From the NCBI RefSeq assembly GCF_964355755.1, contig NC_092672.1, positions 8,928,001 to 8,992,000 of the forward strand: a stretch of DNA of 64,000 nucleotides, written 5' to 3'. The notes under the pieces were generated by a model. That model made no database searches and was not told where the DNA came from. It saw nothing but the letters and a program-made list of their open reading frames with translations. The translations under genes and the position numbers were made by a program. Below, one piece after another: positions 1 to 13,200 of this stretch (its first letter is position 1; every line of letters starts with the position of its first letter). This DNA comes from Antedon mediterranea (taxonomy: Eukaryota > Animalia > Echinodermata).

Positions 1-723
1 CTGGTGGTGTGGCTCAATGGCAAGAGATCAGACTAGAGGCATGGGTTCAAGAATTTCTTTACTAACAGTGCTAAAAGAATCATTGAAACAGGTGAGATTT
101 CAAAAGTGACTTGAATTGCTTAAAGGCCAGGTGCGGGCAAAAAATTTCTATTGATCATACATTCCAATAATTATCGATCTATAGTTTCCCCTATGTTTCA
201 TAATTTTTGGGATTTTATTTGTGTTACAGGAGCTTGTTGAAAATAAGCACTTTCTTATCAGTGGGGGGGATAGTTCAAATTACACAGTAAAATCTCTATT
301 CCTTTGTACACACATTTTATAAATAGAGAGGCATTTTAAAAAGCTATGAAAAATAAACGGTGTGGTAAGAAATGTTATCAGATGACTAAACATAGATTAA
401 ATAACTTGAATTTTACATTTCTGGTATTTTTATTCAATTTCTGATTTTTATTGTCATGCTATAGCAAAAATTATCCACCGTATATCCACCATCTTTTTTC
501 ACCTTCTAGGGAGTCACCAGACATGTTATTACATTAGGTTAAACTACCTAACTACTGAAAAAAAGTCTTCCTGGTTTTTATGGCAGAAATTTGCCAAATT
601 TTGTATTTGACCATATTAAGGGAAATTCATTTTTTTCTGTCTTGATTTCTGTTAAAAATACATGATTTATGTACAATTAACCAGATATTATATTTAAAAT
701 TCATGCCTGTACCTGAGCTTTAA

Positions 724-845
724 AGCTCTGTTTACACTATCAAACTAGTTTGACAAAAAAGTGCTCAAATATGGCATTGGTGTGTCCATATATGGGCACA
801 TCACATTTTGTTTGGCACATCAAGTGTAATAGTGTAGACAGAGCT
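724..845. mobile_element. PIF/Harbinger-like MITE (family A)
   Basis: TIR AGCTCTGT(T/C)TACACTAT...ATAGTGTAGACAGAGCT with a TAA target duplication. Further copies at about 9629-9755, 12005-12137, 12731-12800, 12890-13090, 13690-13837, 14680-14727 (partial) and 23860-24008. Superfamily assignment rests on TIR and TSD type. Confidence 0.8.
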
Positions 846-989
846 TAAGAGATTCACATTGACGGATATGGATTTAAAGCTGGTTCCAAACCAATGGTGC
901 TTGTGGAAATAACCCCTTAGGGTAAGATTTAAGGTATGTTTTTGGAATGGATAAAACAAGCACATGCATTTATGTTGAGACATGAAATG

Positions 990-1100
990 AGATTAAATCC
1001 TTGTTGGTGCAGACCCACAAACTGGTAAGTTAGAATGGATATTTTGTAGATGGTTCGCTGCTCAATTGTAAGCCTCGCCTTCAAATGTGGCATAAAGCAA
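990..1100 (-). pseudogene. Possible decayed LINE2/CR1 ORF2 C-terminal fragment
   Basis: The minus strand encodes LTIEQRTIYKISILTYQ, with GSAP shortly after in another frame. This resembles the L2 motif LPxxxRIxFKILLLTYK..GxAP. Confidence 0.35.
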
Positions 1101-1232
1101 TTGGGAATGGGATAAGTACATGAACAATTATATAATTTAAACTTAATAATGCAGACAAACCTAAAAAGGAGGTATCATTTTCTACACGGCAATTAGAAGT
1201 TGATTATTCTACAGTAAATGTAACAAAATTAC

Positions 1233-4200
1233 CTGGTTGAAGCATGTCAACACTAAGGGGTTGACGATTAAAGGGATCTGTTTGAGAGTTTAGTAGGTGG
1301 CGTTCTATTATTGGACGGTCCATGATGGTTCCTGATGGCGGTAATAGCACTGGGTCACTCATTATTGTCATCATCAATGGATCTAAATTAGCAAATGACA
1401 GTTATAATGTTATAAGGTAGGAATTCACAAAAATTGTCATTAATGTAAATTTGAGGCAATTGAAACTTTATTCCTGGAGCTCCCCTTTAAGGCAGGTTTT
1501 CTTGCATTTTTCTGCATCTGAGCAGCACGTTTCAAGGCCTTTGTAAAAAAAATCCTGATTCAGTTTTTTGGCTGGTATGGATTTTTAATTGCCTTGAAAT
1601 ATATTGTTTGTTGAATGTTTAAAAAATTATACACACCTCTGAACTCATCTGGTGCATCTTCAGTATCCAGTTCTTTCTGTTTATTTTGCACCACAATATT
1701 CTCAATTCGTTGAAACAGATTGCAAAATTGATCCAGCTTTACTGGCGCCATAATGGCTAACTTCCGCATCTTGCCGATTGCATCCTCAAATAGTTCCTTT
1801 CGGTATGAACGCTGAATAACATAAATGTATTATAGTGGGATGATAGTTTTAGTTTCTCCGAAGTAGCTTAGTGTTAGGGAGCTATTAGATAATTGGTCAG
1901 ATCTTTTACATACTCTGTACTTTATGCTTAAGTACATTTGAGTAATTCTTGGGTGAGACTCGAACCCATGACCTTGATGATTGACGCTCATACCTCTAGA
2001 GCACCAAGTTTGAGTTGATGACCAAGGATAAAACAACTCCAGATCACGGTTTCCCATGAGTCAAACCAGACAACAATTTGATTTTTAAATGTTTATTATT
2101 TATTTATTTTTTTAAGGTTTGCTAGAGAAAATAAACACTAGTGATTTTGTGGTACACCATATGTTCGCAAAGAAAATAAAGGTTTGAGAATTTCTTGACA
2201 TTATTCTTGTTATGAAACAACCACACAACCACCTTCTAGAGGTCAAGTTCTTTCTTTACCAATGTATTAACCTTATCAAATGGCAAGGATACACACAGAT
2301 TTGTTATGATATATTAATGTACATCATATGGTAGACAAACTAGTTTAATAAATCAATTTGAATATATAGCGCTCACCTCATCGGCAGCTACAGCCGAGGC
2401 AAACTCTTCACTGTCTAAGTGCAGGTATATACTGGTTAACTGGATAAGCATCTTGCGAGGATCAAATCCATACTTCTCTTTATTCTCTACCTTCAAATTC
2501 TTACATTTTGGTCCACAAAGTTGTTGGAGGTTAAAGTTCAACATTGCTGCTAGCCTAGCTACAAGTTCCTGTCAGACAAAACCATATTAAAGCATTCATA
2601 ACATACTCTAAACAAATTTTCTTTGTATGCCTGTTAGGATAACGTAGAAACTAAAAATAATTTCACAGACTTCATTAAATTTTGGAGACAATCAGGACAA
2701 GAATCCCAATTCAGGACCATTTTTCAATATTTTACTAATTTTAGACGGATCTTTACCAAATTCAAACCACTGAAAGATATATAGCTACAATTCCAGAGCA
2801 GGATTCCAATTCTGGAACACATTTATGTTGTGGGATGATGGCCAAATTGTGACTTTTTGGTTGTCACCAACTGGAAACCCTACAATTTTTGCTTCCGCCA
2901 AGGAGATAAATACACACATATTTAAGCATTTGAAGGATGATGATCCCTTTTTTTTGCCTCTGATCATTTGTATTTTGATGTTTTGTATCCTTGTCATGCT
3001 TTTATATTTATCTGTATGTTCGTATTATTCTATGTAAAAATCAATCTCTGTTTACTTAGATTGCAATAAAGATTATTTGAATTAAATTTGAAAAAAAAGG
3101 ATAAAATATATGAACACATTCGTGCACACATACTGCGCATGGTATGACCCGGATCACGTTTCATGATCCTTTTTATTCCTGGAAGAGGTTGCAACTCCTT
3201 GATTTAAACATGTTGAATAAACTTACTGGTCTTAAGAATGGTGATTTGATGTCACGTGTGAGGTAGTGGAACATGTCAAGTGTTTCTTTGGCCAAGGTCA
3301 GATATGACCGACACTGTCGCTCATCCGTCTCAAGTTGTTTTAATCTTCGTTGTTGCTCTTCCTGAAAAAAATATTTTCATTTCATTGAATAATAAAAGTA
3401 TTTGCTAAGATTTACGGTAGAACTCCAATCAGGGAGACACCTTTTAAAAGCTGACAGAAGTGGTGGAAAAAATAGTACATAATTCTTTAAGATTCAAAAA
3501 CCTTAAAAAGTTGGTAAGTAGATCTCACCTCGGATTGGCTGTTCCATGCCTCTTTGTCTTTCCTTGCTTCTTGTATTTCATGAATTCGTTTCAAGCAATC
3601 TAGACTCTCATCTAATAAGAATGTGGTGTCGTTCATCAACATGTTTACAAACCGGACAAAGTCTTTGCTTTCACTATGTAACAAAAATAATAATAATGTA
3701 ATATATATAATCAATCCACTCTATTAATAACTTGTTAGTGTATTAGTTTAGTATGTAATGGGTGTAGGCAGGTTCAGGCATAAGGAGGTGCACATAAGGT
3801 TTCGAAAATCTGATACCACATCACAGGCAACATAGTGATAATGTCCACTAGCATAGCACCATTCTAACAGTCAGTGTGATGGTTAAACTTTACTCTAAAG
3901 GCGCCAATTTACACAGACAAGCGGTAACAGTAATGAAAAAATCTATGACAAAATGCGGAGCAGGATATATACAGACTCATCATGGGACAAGCTACACGGT
4001 TTTCTGCTTGCCGCCTTGTCTGGGTAAATTGGCCAATTCACATCTGTCCACAAAGGTGGTTGTGATCTAGTACACTGGTGTAACTCCCTACTTGTCTTGA
4101 AAGCTAGCTACAACCCTGGCACTAGGTTAGGGTCAGAACCAATAGGCACCAACACATACATTCATTATGTTGAAGTAGGTCCTGGTCATTCCAAAATAAA

Positions 4201-7200
4201 TGAATGAAATCAAAAGTTCTTTATTGAAAATACAATGGCCTAAAGGTCATAGTTCAAATGTTACTGACCTGCTTTGCTTAATCATGACCTGTCTGTGTGA
4301 TGGTATCTCCCACAATGACTTGAATATAATACTAATATGATAACGTATACTGAATTTATCATAAAACTCACTGCTAGCACCTGTTGTTTCAATATCTGTG
4401 TAGAAAACATAAAAATATAACGTCTCTCATAAGTACAGTCATGCAATCAATGCTTATGGCACTTTGTAATAGCATGTGGCAACCTATGATCTAGGAACTA
4501 GCTACTTAATGTTAATTTATTAGGGAGCTTTTTTTTTATTTTGCGACGACCAATGCCCACATTATTTCAGGCTAGTTCATTGTAGGGATGGAGCAATATT
4601 TGGATGCAAGTCCTCGCTTCTAACCTTGACACAGGTTTGATTGTTTCTAGGTCCAGACGATGACCGATGACACATCTATCGAGCTGACCTGGGTCAATTT
4701 TCAGTCGTCGCAAATCAAAAGTTTTCTACTATTATGCACATGCGGGGACATGGGACAGTGTTTACTACAAGTTCCTACAGAGGTTTGGTGGATGCAGGTC
4801 CAGAAGGTGTCAAGATTGACCCCTGAACTCTGAGATTGTAAGGTTAACACATTATCTACCAAGCTAAAACTTTAATCTTCTGGTCACTAAAGTTTCATTG
4901 GTAATAGACCATATATTATTGCTTATTATAACACGCCCTAAATATATAGTCATTTGATTGGACGATTGTGGGTCACATGGAATTCAATAAACGGTATAAT
5001 TAAACAAGCGTCGCCTCATGAACACAGAATTTCATTTGTCACCTTATTAAATTAATTCAATTATTTGTACTATCACACTCATAAACATTCATTATTTGTA
5101 TATTATTTTTATTATTTATTTATTTCTTTATTCTGATATAAAATCATAGGATAAAAACACAAAAAAGTACCGAGATACTTACCTGTAAAAAAGTTCATGA
5201 GAGCAGGAACTAAGTGATCAGCAGACATTGGATGAAGTGTAATATCTTGAAACACTTGTTTTGTCTTGTCTTGTATTGCTGGGTTTAACACAAACAGCAC
5301 CTGAAAAGAAACAAATAAACGTAACTTAATATCAAATACCTGCAGGCCTTGTCTTTTGAAAATTATAGGTGTGCTACAAATTGCACTCCTCAATACATTC
5401 AGGAATGCTGTAGGTGTTGTTTGTATTTTGGTGTGTAGAAGTTTACAAAACTTAAGCGTGTTGTAAATCGCACTCCTCAAGGGCAGTTTAGTAGGGTGTT
5501 AGGTGAGTGATCGCACTTGTTCGCCTTGAAGGACAAGGCCTGAAATACACACAAAATATAAACTTTCTAAATGATGATAACAGAAACCAAGCACGACCGA
5601 CTGTGTTGAGGTAATTGAGAAATAAAACAAAAGGCACATTTACCATTAAACTATTTTGCTAAAAACTAATTTTCTTAATCAACATCTCACTACACCACCA
5701 ACTGATATCATTGTTGAAATTGCTTGCATGAGTGATTTTTCTATAGTTCTCTCTATATTTTAGATTTGCCTCAGTAAGTATTTTTTTCAGAATTCATATT
5801 TATGTCATTAACATAAGATCAACTAAAAAGAAGGCCAAAAAAAACACAACAAAATAAAAAAAAACAGACCAACTGACATGATATATTGCTCGAAAAACAC
5901 AATGTTTTAGGCATAATTTCACTCAATCCTCTTTATGAATTTGGTGTGAGATCAGACTGTTCTGTAATTATTCATAACAAATTGGTTAAGTGAAAAAACT
6001 AAAAATGTTTGCAGAGAAGAAAACTGGAAAATGTCAAAAGGCTTCCTTTATCAGATAATCTATATTGTTTTGAAAACTTTTGTAACGAGACCACAGTGCT
6101 GATTTTTCCCCATGGCTAAATATCCTTGCAGGCAAACTAAAAATTGGCCTAGTGGAAAACAGGCTTAACCATATAATATGCACCACATACCTCAATAAGT
6201 TTAGCTAACAGATACGGATTACGTATGTAATTAGCAGAACTAACAAACACAACAAGAAACGTGATCACAGTCGGTAGGCAAGTGTCTTGTAATGTGTTAG
6301 GTGAATACCTAAAAAGAACAAACAGAAAAAAATATTTAAAGTTAACATTTTTAATCCTACCTCTGGTCTAATCCCACCTCCTACTATATGTCTGTTTCAC
6401 AAACAGGCATATCCCCGGGTATAGTCCCAGTATTGACTTTTGATCTGGATTTAGGCCTTTCTCAAGAAATGCTATACTAATCATTTATAGTCCCACCCAA
6501 TTTTATGTTTTAGGGTGGCGGGGAAATTATACCAGAGGTTATACAGTACTAAAATCTACATTATGTGAAGGAAGCTCATACTATTTAGTTTTAAAAGAAA
6601 AAAAATAATAAAAAGTATGAGTGAAAATTGATAAAATTTATTGTATTTATTTTCACAGATCTGATTAATGTGAATCCTCAATTGGTCATGAACCAGCCTA
6701 GTACTGGATATTCAACAGCAGATAAAATCTTATAAATATTAATTTAACGCACTTACTGTACAATAAATAAAATGAATTCAGCTATATCTTCCATGTACCA
6801 TTCTGGTAATGCTGCAAACTCCATTGAAACATCATTCGATAGAGGTAGTGATACACTATTAAAAGGTTAAAGGTTAACTATCATTTATGTGTCTTTTTAT
6901 TTAAATCCTGCAACATATGCTTATTAAATGATGCATACTAAACAGTGGTGGTAACGGCTTAACCCAGGGGCCACAGGGCATGAGCAGCCACAATGCAACT
7001 ACTAAGCATTGGAGGCACTTTAAGATTGCTAAACCAGGGACCTTTGACCTTTGACCACTGGTACTAAATACTAAAATGAAAATCAAGTTTATTTACTTAA
7101 TTTGTGACAAGACAAATAGTATATTGTAGCAAAAATGTACCTTACCAAATAAGAACAGTTTCTATAATTTATGTAAAAGTTATTAAGTACTAACCTTTGA

Positions 7201-10200
7201 CCCTCTGGGGTGACAAGGTTCAGAATCATTTGCATAACTTGACAATAAAATCGATAACTTCCTCTCAATAGTACTTCATCCAGAAGACCACCATCTGCAC
7301 ACGCTTTTGCTTGAACTAATTTCTAAAATTAAAATTAATGGTTTATTACGAGTAAAGCATCAAATATTAAAATACATACATAAGGAAGAAGAGGTACCAA
7401 AAATACTGATCAGAAATAATAACAATTTGAATGCGAGTGTGGTAAGAGGTTTTTGAAGATGGTGGGTTAACAAGTCTGGTGACTTGCAAATCAGCACATG
7501 TGACAGCATCTCCTTTGCCATTGGATATGGAAAATGATCATCTGTGCTATCCCAGCATGCATCTGATTACAAGTATCATTCTATCCTCCCCACCCACTTT
7601 TTTTAAACATAAGAGCGTGTGGCACAGTGTGTAGGGCATTGGACTACTGATCATAAATTCGAATCCAACCCTTGCTGAATTGTTTGTATCCTTAGGCAAG
7701 ACACTTTATTTATGTTACCCTCTCTCCACCCAGGTGTATAAATGGGTACCTGGTTTAGGTCAAAACACAATTGCGCTGATTAATAGCTGCATTATGGTAG
7801 TATATTTCCATATGTTTTTCGTTTCATTAAAAAAAAGTTCCCAATAGAATGCTTATTTCATTACCTTAAATTGCAACTTATATTTATCCAGAAGGACTTT
7901 CTTTCGTGCTTCGCCCGGTGTTCCCTTCCATTGTGCCTCGGTAGATTGCAGTTCTTCCGTCAGCCGGCTAACCTCCCTGATTGCTCGTAAACGTTTGGAG
8001 TAAAAGCGGCAGGACGGTAGAAGTGCTAGATGGTGACATTGTAAAGTCAGGAAGTAACCTTCTGTAGAAAATTTTGGTTCCTGCCAGCTTGATGGGTCTG
8101 AAATTAAGTTTAAAACAATATTTCTTATTAGAATAACACTATGCTTAGGTCGACAGAGAACTCAAGTGACAGGAACATTGAGCAACTGAACCGAAACTGA
8201 AAACATCAAGTGTGTAAACAAACAGGTCCACATGAAATATATTGCAACTTGACAATACTACACACATTCTATTAACAGTAATCAGTGTATGATAGTGATT
8301 TATCAACATTAATCTGATTGCATTTAAACATGGTCATTACCCATATCGCAGACAACACATTTATGTTTAACGGAAATCAACCTAGCGCAAATGAAATGTT
8401 GTTATGTGCAATTGTGTGTGTTACAAGTTGTGGTCCAATACATTGCTTGTAGTAGCCCTTATGTCATATGCCTATAAATTTGTTTTTTTTCTCTTTTGTG
8501 GCGTTAACCACTATTTATTCAATTCCTCTTCAACAGATTAATACAGTTATTTCTAATAATAATAATAATAACTATTTCATTGTTATTCTCACTTTTGTTT
8601 GGTTTATATATATATATTTTTTTTACATTATGTGGTTTTATCAATGTTACTGTTCTTGGACTCAGAACATAAATATTTCTTTTCGGTTATCCACCTTTTT
8701 TCATAATTTTCTTTTTTTAATTTTTTTATTTTATTCAGTTGTCAACCAACAGCGATGAAACCGCCAATAACAGGTTGAATCTAAACATAATAAATATAAT
8801 CTTTATTTTTGTTCTATAATTCTCAACATATAAAATTGTAAACACTTAACTAATAAATGTACTGTAGAAGATATGCCTATAATTTAATGAATAACAATTT
8901 ACCAATTTTCTGGGCCCATTCTATTGCTTCCTGGTTTGAACTTCGCATTCTTGTTTCTTGTGAGATGTCAATACGTGACTTAGGATGAAATGGATACATA
9001 ACATCTACCTGAAAACGCAATAATGAGCATACACTTTTTTACTGTTTTATTTTGTTTGCTCATACCTGAAAAATCTATGCAAATTAGTTTCCTATATTTC
9101 TCATTGCCACACTTTCAGAGGTCAAAGGTCCCTGGTTTAGCAATCTTAAAGAGCCTCCAATACTGGGTAGTTGCACTGGGGCTGCTCAAGCCCTGTAGCC
9201 CCTGTGTTTAGCCATTACATCACTGTTTATACGCATCATTTGAGAAGCATATGTAGCAGGATTTAAATAAAAAAGAAATGTAATGTATAGTCATGCAGAA
9301 TAATGCTCTTTGAATTAACGTATCATTTTGTGCAATATGTCTACGTGTGAATAATTAGCCATTTGAATGGCGATGTTAAAAATATAAGTTAGGGGTAGCA
9401 GTCGTGGTGGATGCGGGGAATGTTTGGGGAAGTCATAAACTGTCGTGATATGGATCTCACTCACACATTTATTTTTTTACTTACCTTTTCAAGCTGTATC
9501 TTTACACTAAGTTTTTGGAGTACTACAAGAACGTTTAACATGAAACCATCGCCTCCTAACAGAGAAGCTTCAGCCTAATAGAAAAACATGCATAATTGTT
9601 GAGGTATGAACTTGTTGTGCAACAGTAAAGCTCTGTCTACACCATCGAACTTTATGTGACAAAAAAAATATGATGTGCCAATATTATGGACATGATGATA
9701 TTTTGGCACGTCGCATATTTGTATTCAACCTAGTATTATAGTGTAAACACAGCTTTACACTGTTAAATAATAATCAAATAAGTTATTTAGAAAGCAAGTT
9801 GCTTGTTTTTTTTGGTGGGTCTGATGGGAAATAACCACACCTAGTCATTTTCATTTTACACCCTTGCACTCTCTAAACAAAAGGCTTAGCTTATAATTTT
9901 CATCATTGGTGTGTATTGATTTTATGCAAAGGGTAAAAAGACACGTGTTAGCAAGAAAGGCTAAAAACAGAAGTCTTTCAATGAACTAACCTGCATCTGG
10001 GCTCGTTTATGGTTCAGTTTTAAGACGGTTGCCAGGTAAACTAGAGTTGTTTCCCTTGTGTCTGCATTTACTAGTAATGTGTGAACTATTGTGTATAATT
10101 CAGCCTGAAAGAAAGTATTTAGTAAAAAGTAAAAATTATTTTACAAGTTTAGAAATTTGTTATAAAATATAAATAAAAAATTATAAAGAAATTAAAAAGC

Positions 10201-13200
10201 TTCAATTTCCTTATATTGTGAAAAATCAACAAAAGCAATTTACTTACTCTAGAAGTTGACATAAGGTGCCTAATTGTTTGGTGTATAAGTTTGGTACCCT
10301 CATGTGTTAGGTTCGATGACGAGTAGTACTTTTCAACGACGTAAGTCTGGTGGTGAAAAAACAAAAATATCACACTCATAATGGGACCAGAATGGGAGGA
10401 TGAAGAAAAACAGAATCAAATTTGAGAAACTGACAGGAAGAAGTTATGATGATCATGATAAAAAAAATATGAAGCACATAAATGTATATAAATCACATAA
10501 ATTGCTGGTTTCTCTCAATCAAAGGTCATACATATGTGAACAAAACAAGTGCTTAAGACACACAACAAAGTTAAATGATGAAGATAGACTGATGATGATG
10601 TAATGATGATGACGATGGACTGATGATGATGATGATGTAATGATGAAGAATATGGACTGATGATGAAGCTGGACTGATGATAATAATGATGTTGTAATGA
10701 TGATGAAGATAGCCTGATGATGATGTAACGATGATGAAGATAGACTGATGATGATGATGAAGAAGATGGACTGATGATGATGATGATGTAAAGATGATGA
10801 CAACGGACTGATGATGATGATGGACTGATGATGATGATGTAATGATGATGACGATGGAATGATGATGATGTAATGATGATGACGATGGACTGATGATGAT
10901 TATGAAAAGGATGGACTGATGATGATGATGTAATGATGATGAAGATGGACTGATGATGATGATGATATGATGATGAAGATGGACTGATGATGTAATGATG
11001 AAGAAGATGGACTGATGATGATGTAATGATGATGAAGATGGACTGATGATGATGTAATGATGAACAAGATGGACTGATGATGATGATGTAATGATGAACA
11101 ATATGGACTGATGATGTAATGATGAACAAGATGGACTGAAGATGATTGAATACAGAAATTTTGAATCATAATTCTCATCTCATTATTTGGTGATATTCGT
11201 TAATAAAATAGTTTACAAAATTACATTATCCTCAGCGAAAATAGAATAGGACAAGAAAGCACCAATAAATGAAAGTTTTTCAATTTCTCTGCCAGCAGCC
11301 GATGTAATAGGTGGTGACAACCAGTTATCCATCTCAACAATCTGCCAACAAAAATAAACATTAGCAATTATGATTTAATATGTGCCAAAATCAATAGTTA
11401 TATAGATCCTCCTCCGTCTTAACAAGGCTAACGGCAGTCACACCACATAGTGAACCAACCTTTTCCCATGCATATTCCTCCGCATGTATTAGTGGATGTG
11501 CGCGCTGTATAAATCTTATTATTTTTATTATTGTTATTAATGAGTGTAATAGTAATTCTTCTAACTCTTCCAAGACCGGACACCTTTGGACTGGCCACAT
11601 ATGTCTGGTTTTCCGAAAAAGTCTGGTATTCAGAATGTGTTTGAACTGGTAAAAGGAATTCGGGCCCTTTAGGTTCTTAAGAAAAGTCTGGAATTGGTAG
11701 GAGTTTCCAGTTTGCAGGTTGTCTGGTATTGGGAGAGCTGACTGTACTATGGCTGTATGCTATGCTAGGCCTCTACTGTACTATGCACTGCAAAGAAATA
11801 CCCAACTGCCACTTACCAGGTTGCAAATTGGTCGTTTGTTACCGATCTTTATGACTACCAGTTCTCTTACAGCCTGTAATAATTAAATCAATTACATATA
11901 ACAATAATAAATAAAACAAATCTGTACAAATCTTTCAAGAAAAGATTTTGGACCATGTACGTCAGATTTTGATTTGACAGTACAATCATATTCACAATTA
12001 TGTAAAGCTCTGTTTAAAAAAGTGTGATGTGCCCAAATGCGGTAGTGATATTCCCAAATATGGTAGTGATATGACATCATCATGTCCATATATGGGCACA
12101 TCAGATTTTTGTTGTCAGATAAAGTTTGGTAGTGTAGTAGTTGTAAATACTTGTGATAGTACATAGTTCTGTGGTTCCAAAATGAGTCATGTTCAATCTA
12201 TAATTTGCTTGTCTTATTTATTTGACTTATATACTTTGCTACACTTTGTGGAGTGGAGCTGTGGCTTGGTGGTTATGATGCTTGGCTACCAATCTAAGCG
12301 TCCTGGGTTCAAGTCATGTCATATGTCAGGGTTTTTTTCTCATGACAATTTACAACTCCACTCCCAAAGACTTAATAATAAGTCTTTGTTTATGTAGAGC
12401 ATCTTGTGTATATGTTTGTCTTGTGAATGGGATTGCCACCTTTGAGAAGGATAGTGAATGAATTCCCTTGTGGTAATCCTTGGCAATTTGCCTAAAATGA
12501 GAATTAAAAAAAATAAACAAATATACACAACAATTCATGGCTATTTTGAACACAGTAAATGACAATTTACTTACTTTAAATGGGAGAAGGAAGTAATCTG
12601 AATCTAAACCACAGACTTGGGTAATCTGCATTAGCCCATGTAAGACTGGTTTCATTATCTGTGAATTGAAATATGAAACAATAACATTTTACTCAAACAA
12701 ACATTTTTTTTCCATTTACAACAAAACTAAAGCTGTCTACACTATCACTAGTTTGACAAAAAAAGTGCGATGTTCCCAAATATGGTAGTGATATATCCAA
12801 ATATAAAATGTTTTTTTAAACTACAGCACAAAATTAAAGGTATGTTGAATATGATCAAGTTATAGTTAGTTACATTGTATCACAGTGGCAATGTCTACAC
12901 TATCAAACTATATGCGACAAAAAAGGTGACGTGCCCATATATGGACACAATGATATCATATCACTACCATATTTGGAAATTCAAATGAAAATTCGTAAGT
13001 GTTGGTAAAAATATATAAAATGTTTTTTAAACAAACTTACAGCACAAAATTCTTTAATTTTTTGTCACATATAGTTTGATAGTGTAGACATTGCCACTGT
13101 GATACAATGTAACTAACTATAACTTGATCATATTTAACATATTTGTTTACCCAACAGGCAATTTGATGGATAATTAATCAGGTACTGATGGGTTATATAT

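Noticed and set aside
703-723. ATG CCT GTA CCT GAG CTT TAA (MPVPEL), resembling the UBE4B C-terminus
   Set aside because: It is on the wrong strand and stops immediately. No valid last exon was found in 1-1232, so it probably lies outside the window.
1950-2010. tRNA gene (also about 12255 and 57370)
   Set aside because: Only A/B-box remnants without a full cloverleaf; these fit SINE heads.
3876-4070. Possible transposase remnant in a UBE4B intron
   Set aside because: Higher-complexity sequence, but no recognisable motif in any frame.
10574-11147. Hammerhead ribozyme or C/D-box motifs (CTGATGA)
   Set aside because: These are by-products of the microsatellite, with no GAAA core or stems.
10515-11178. 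His/Ile/Ser-rich ORFs of 92-204 aa
   Set aside because: They are translations of a (GAT)n-derived intronic repeat. The flanking UBE4B exons join in phase without them.
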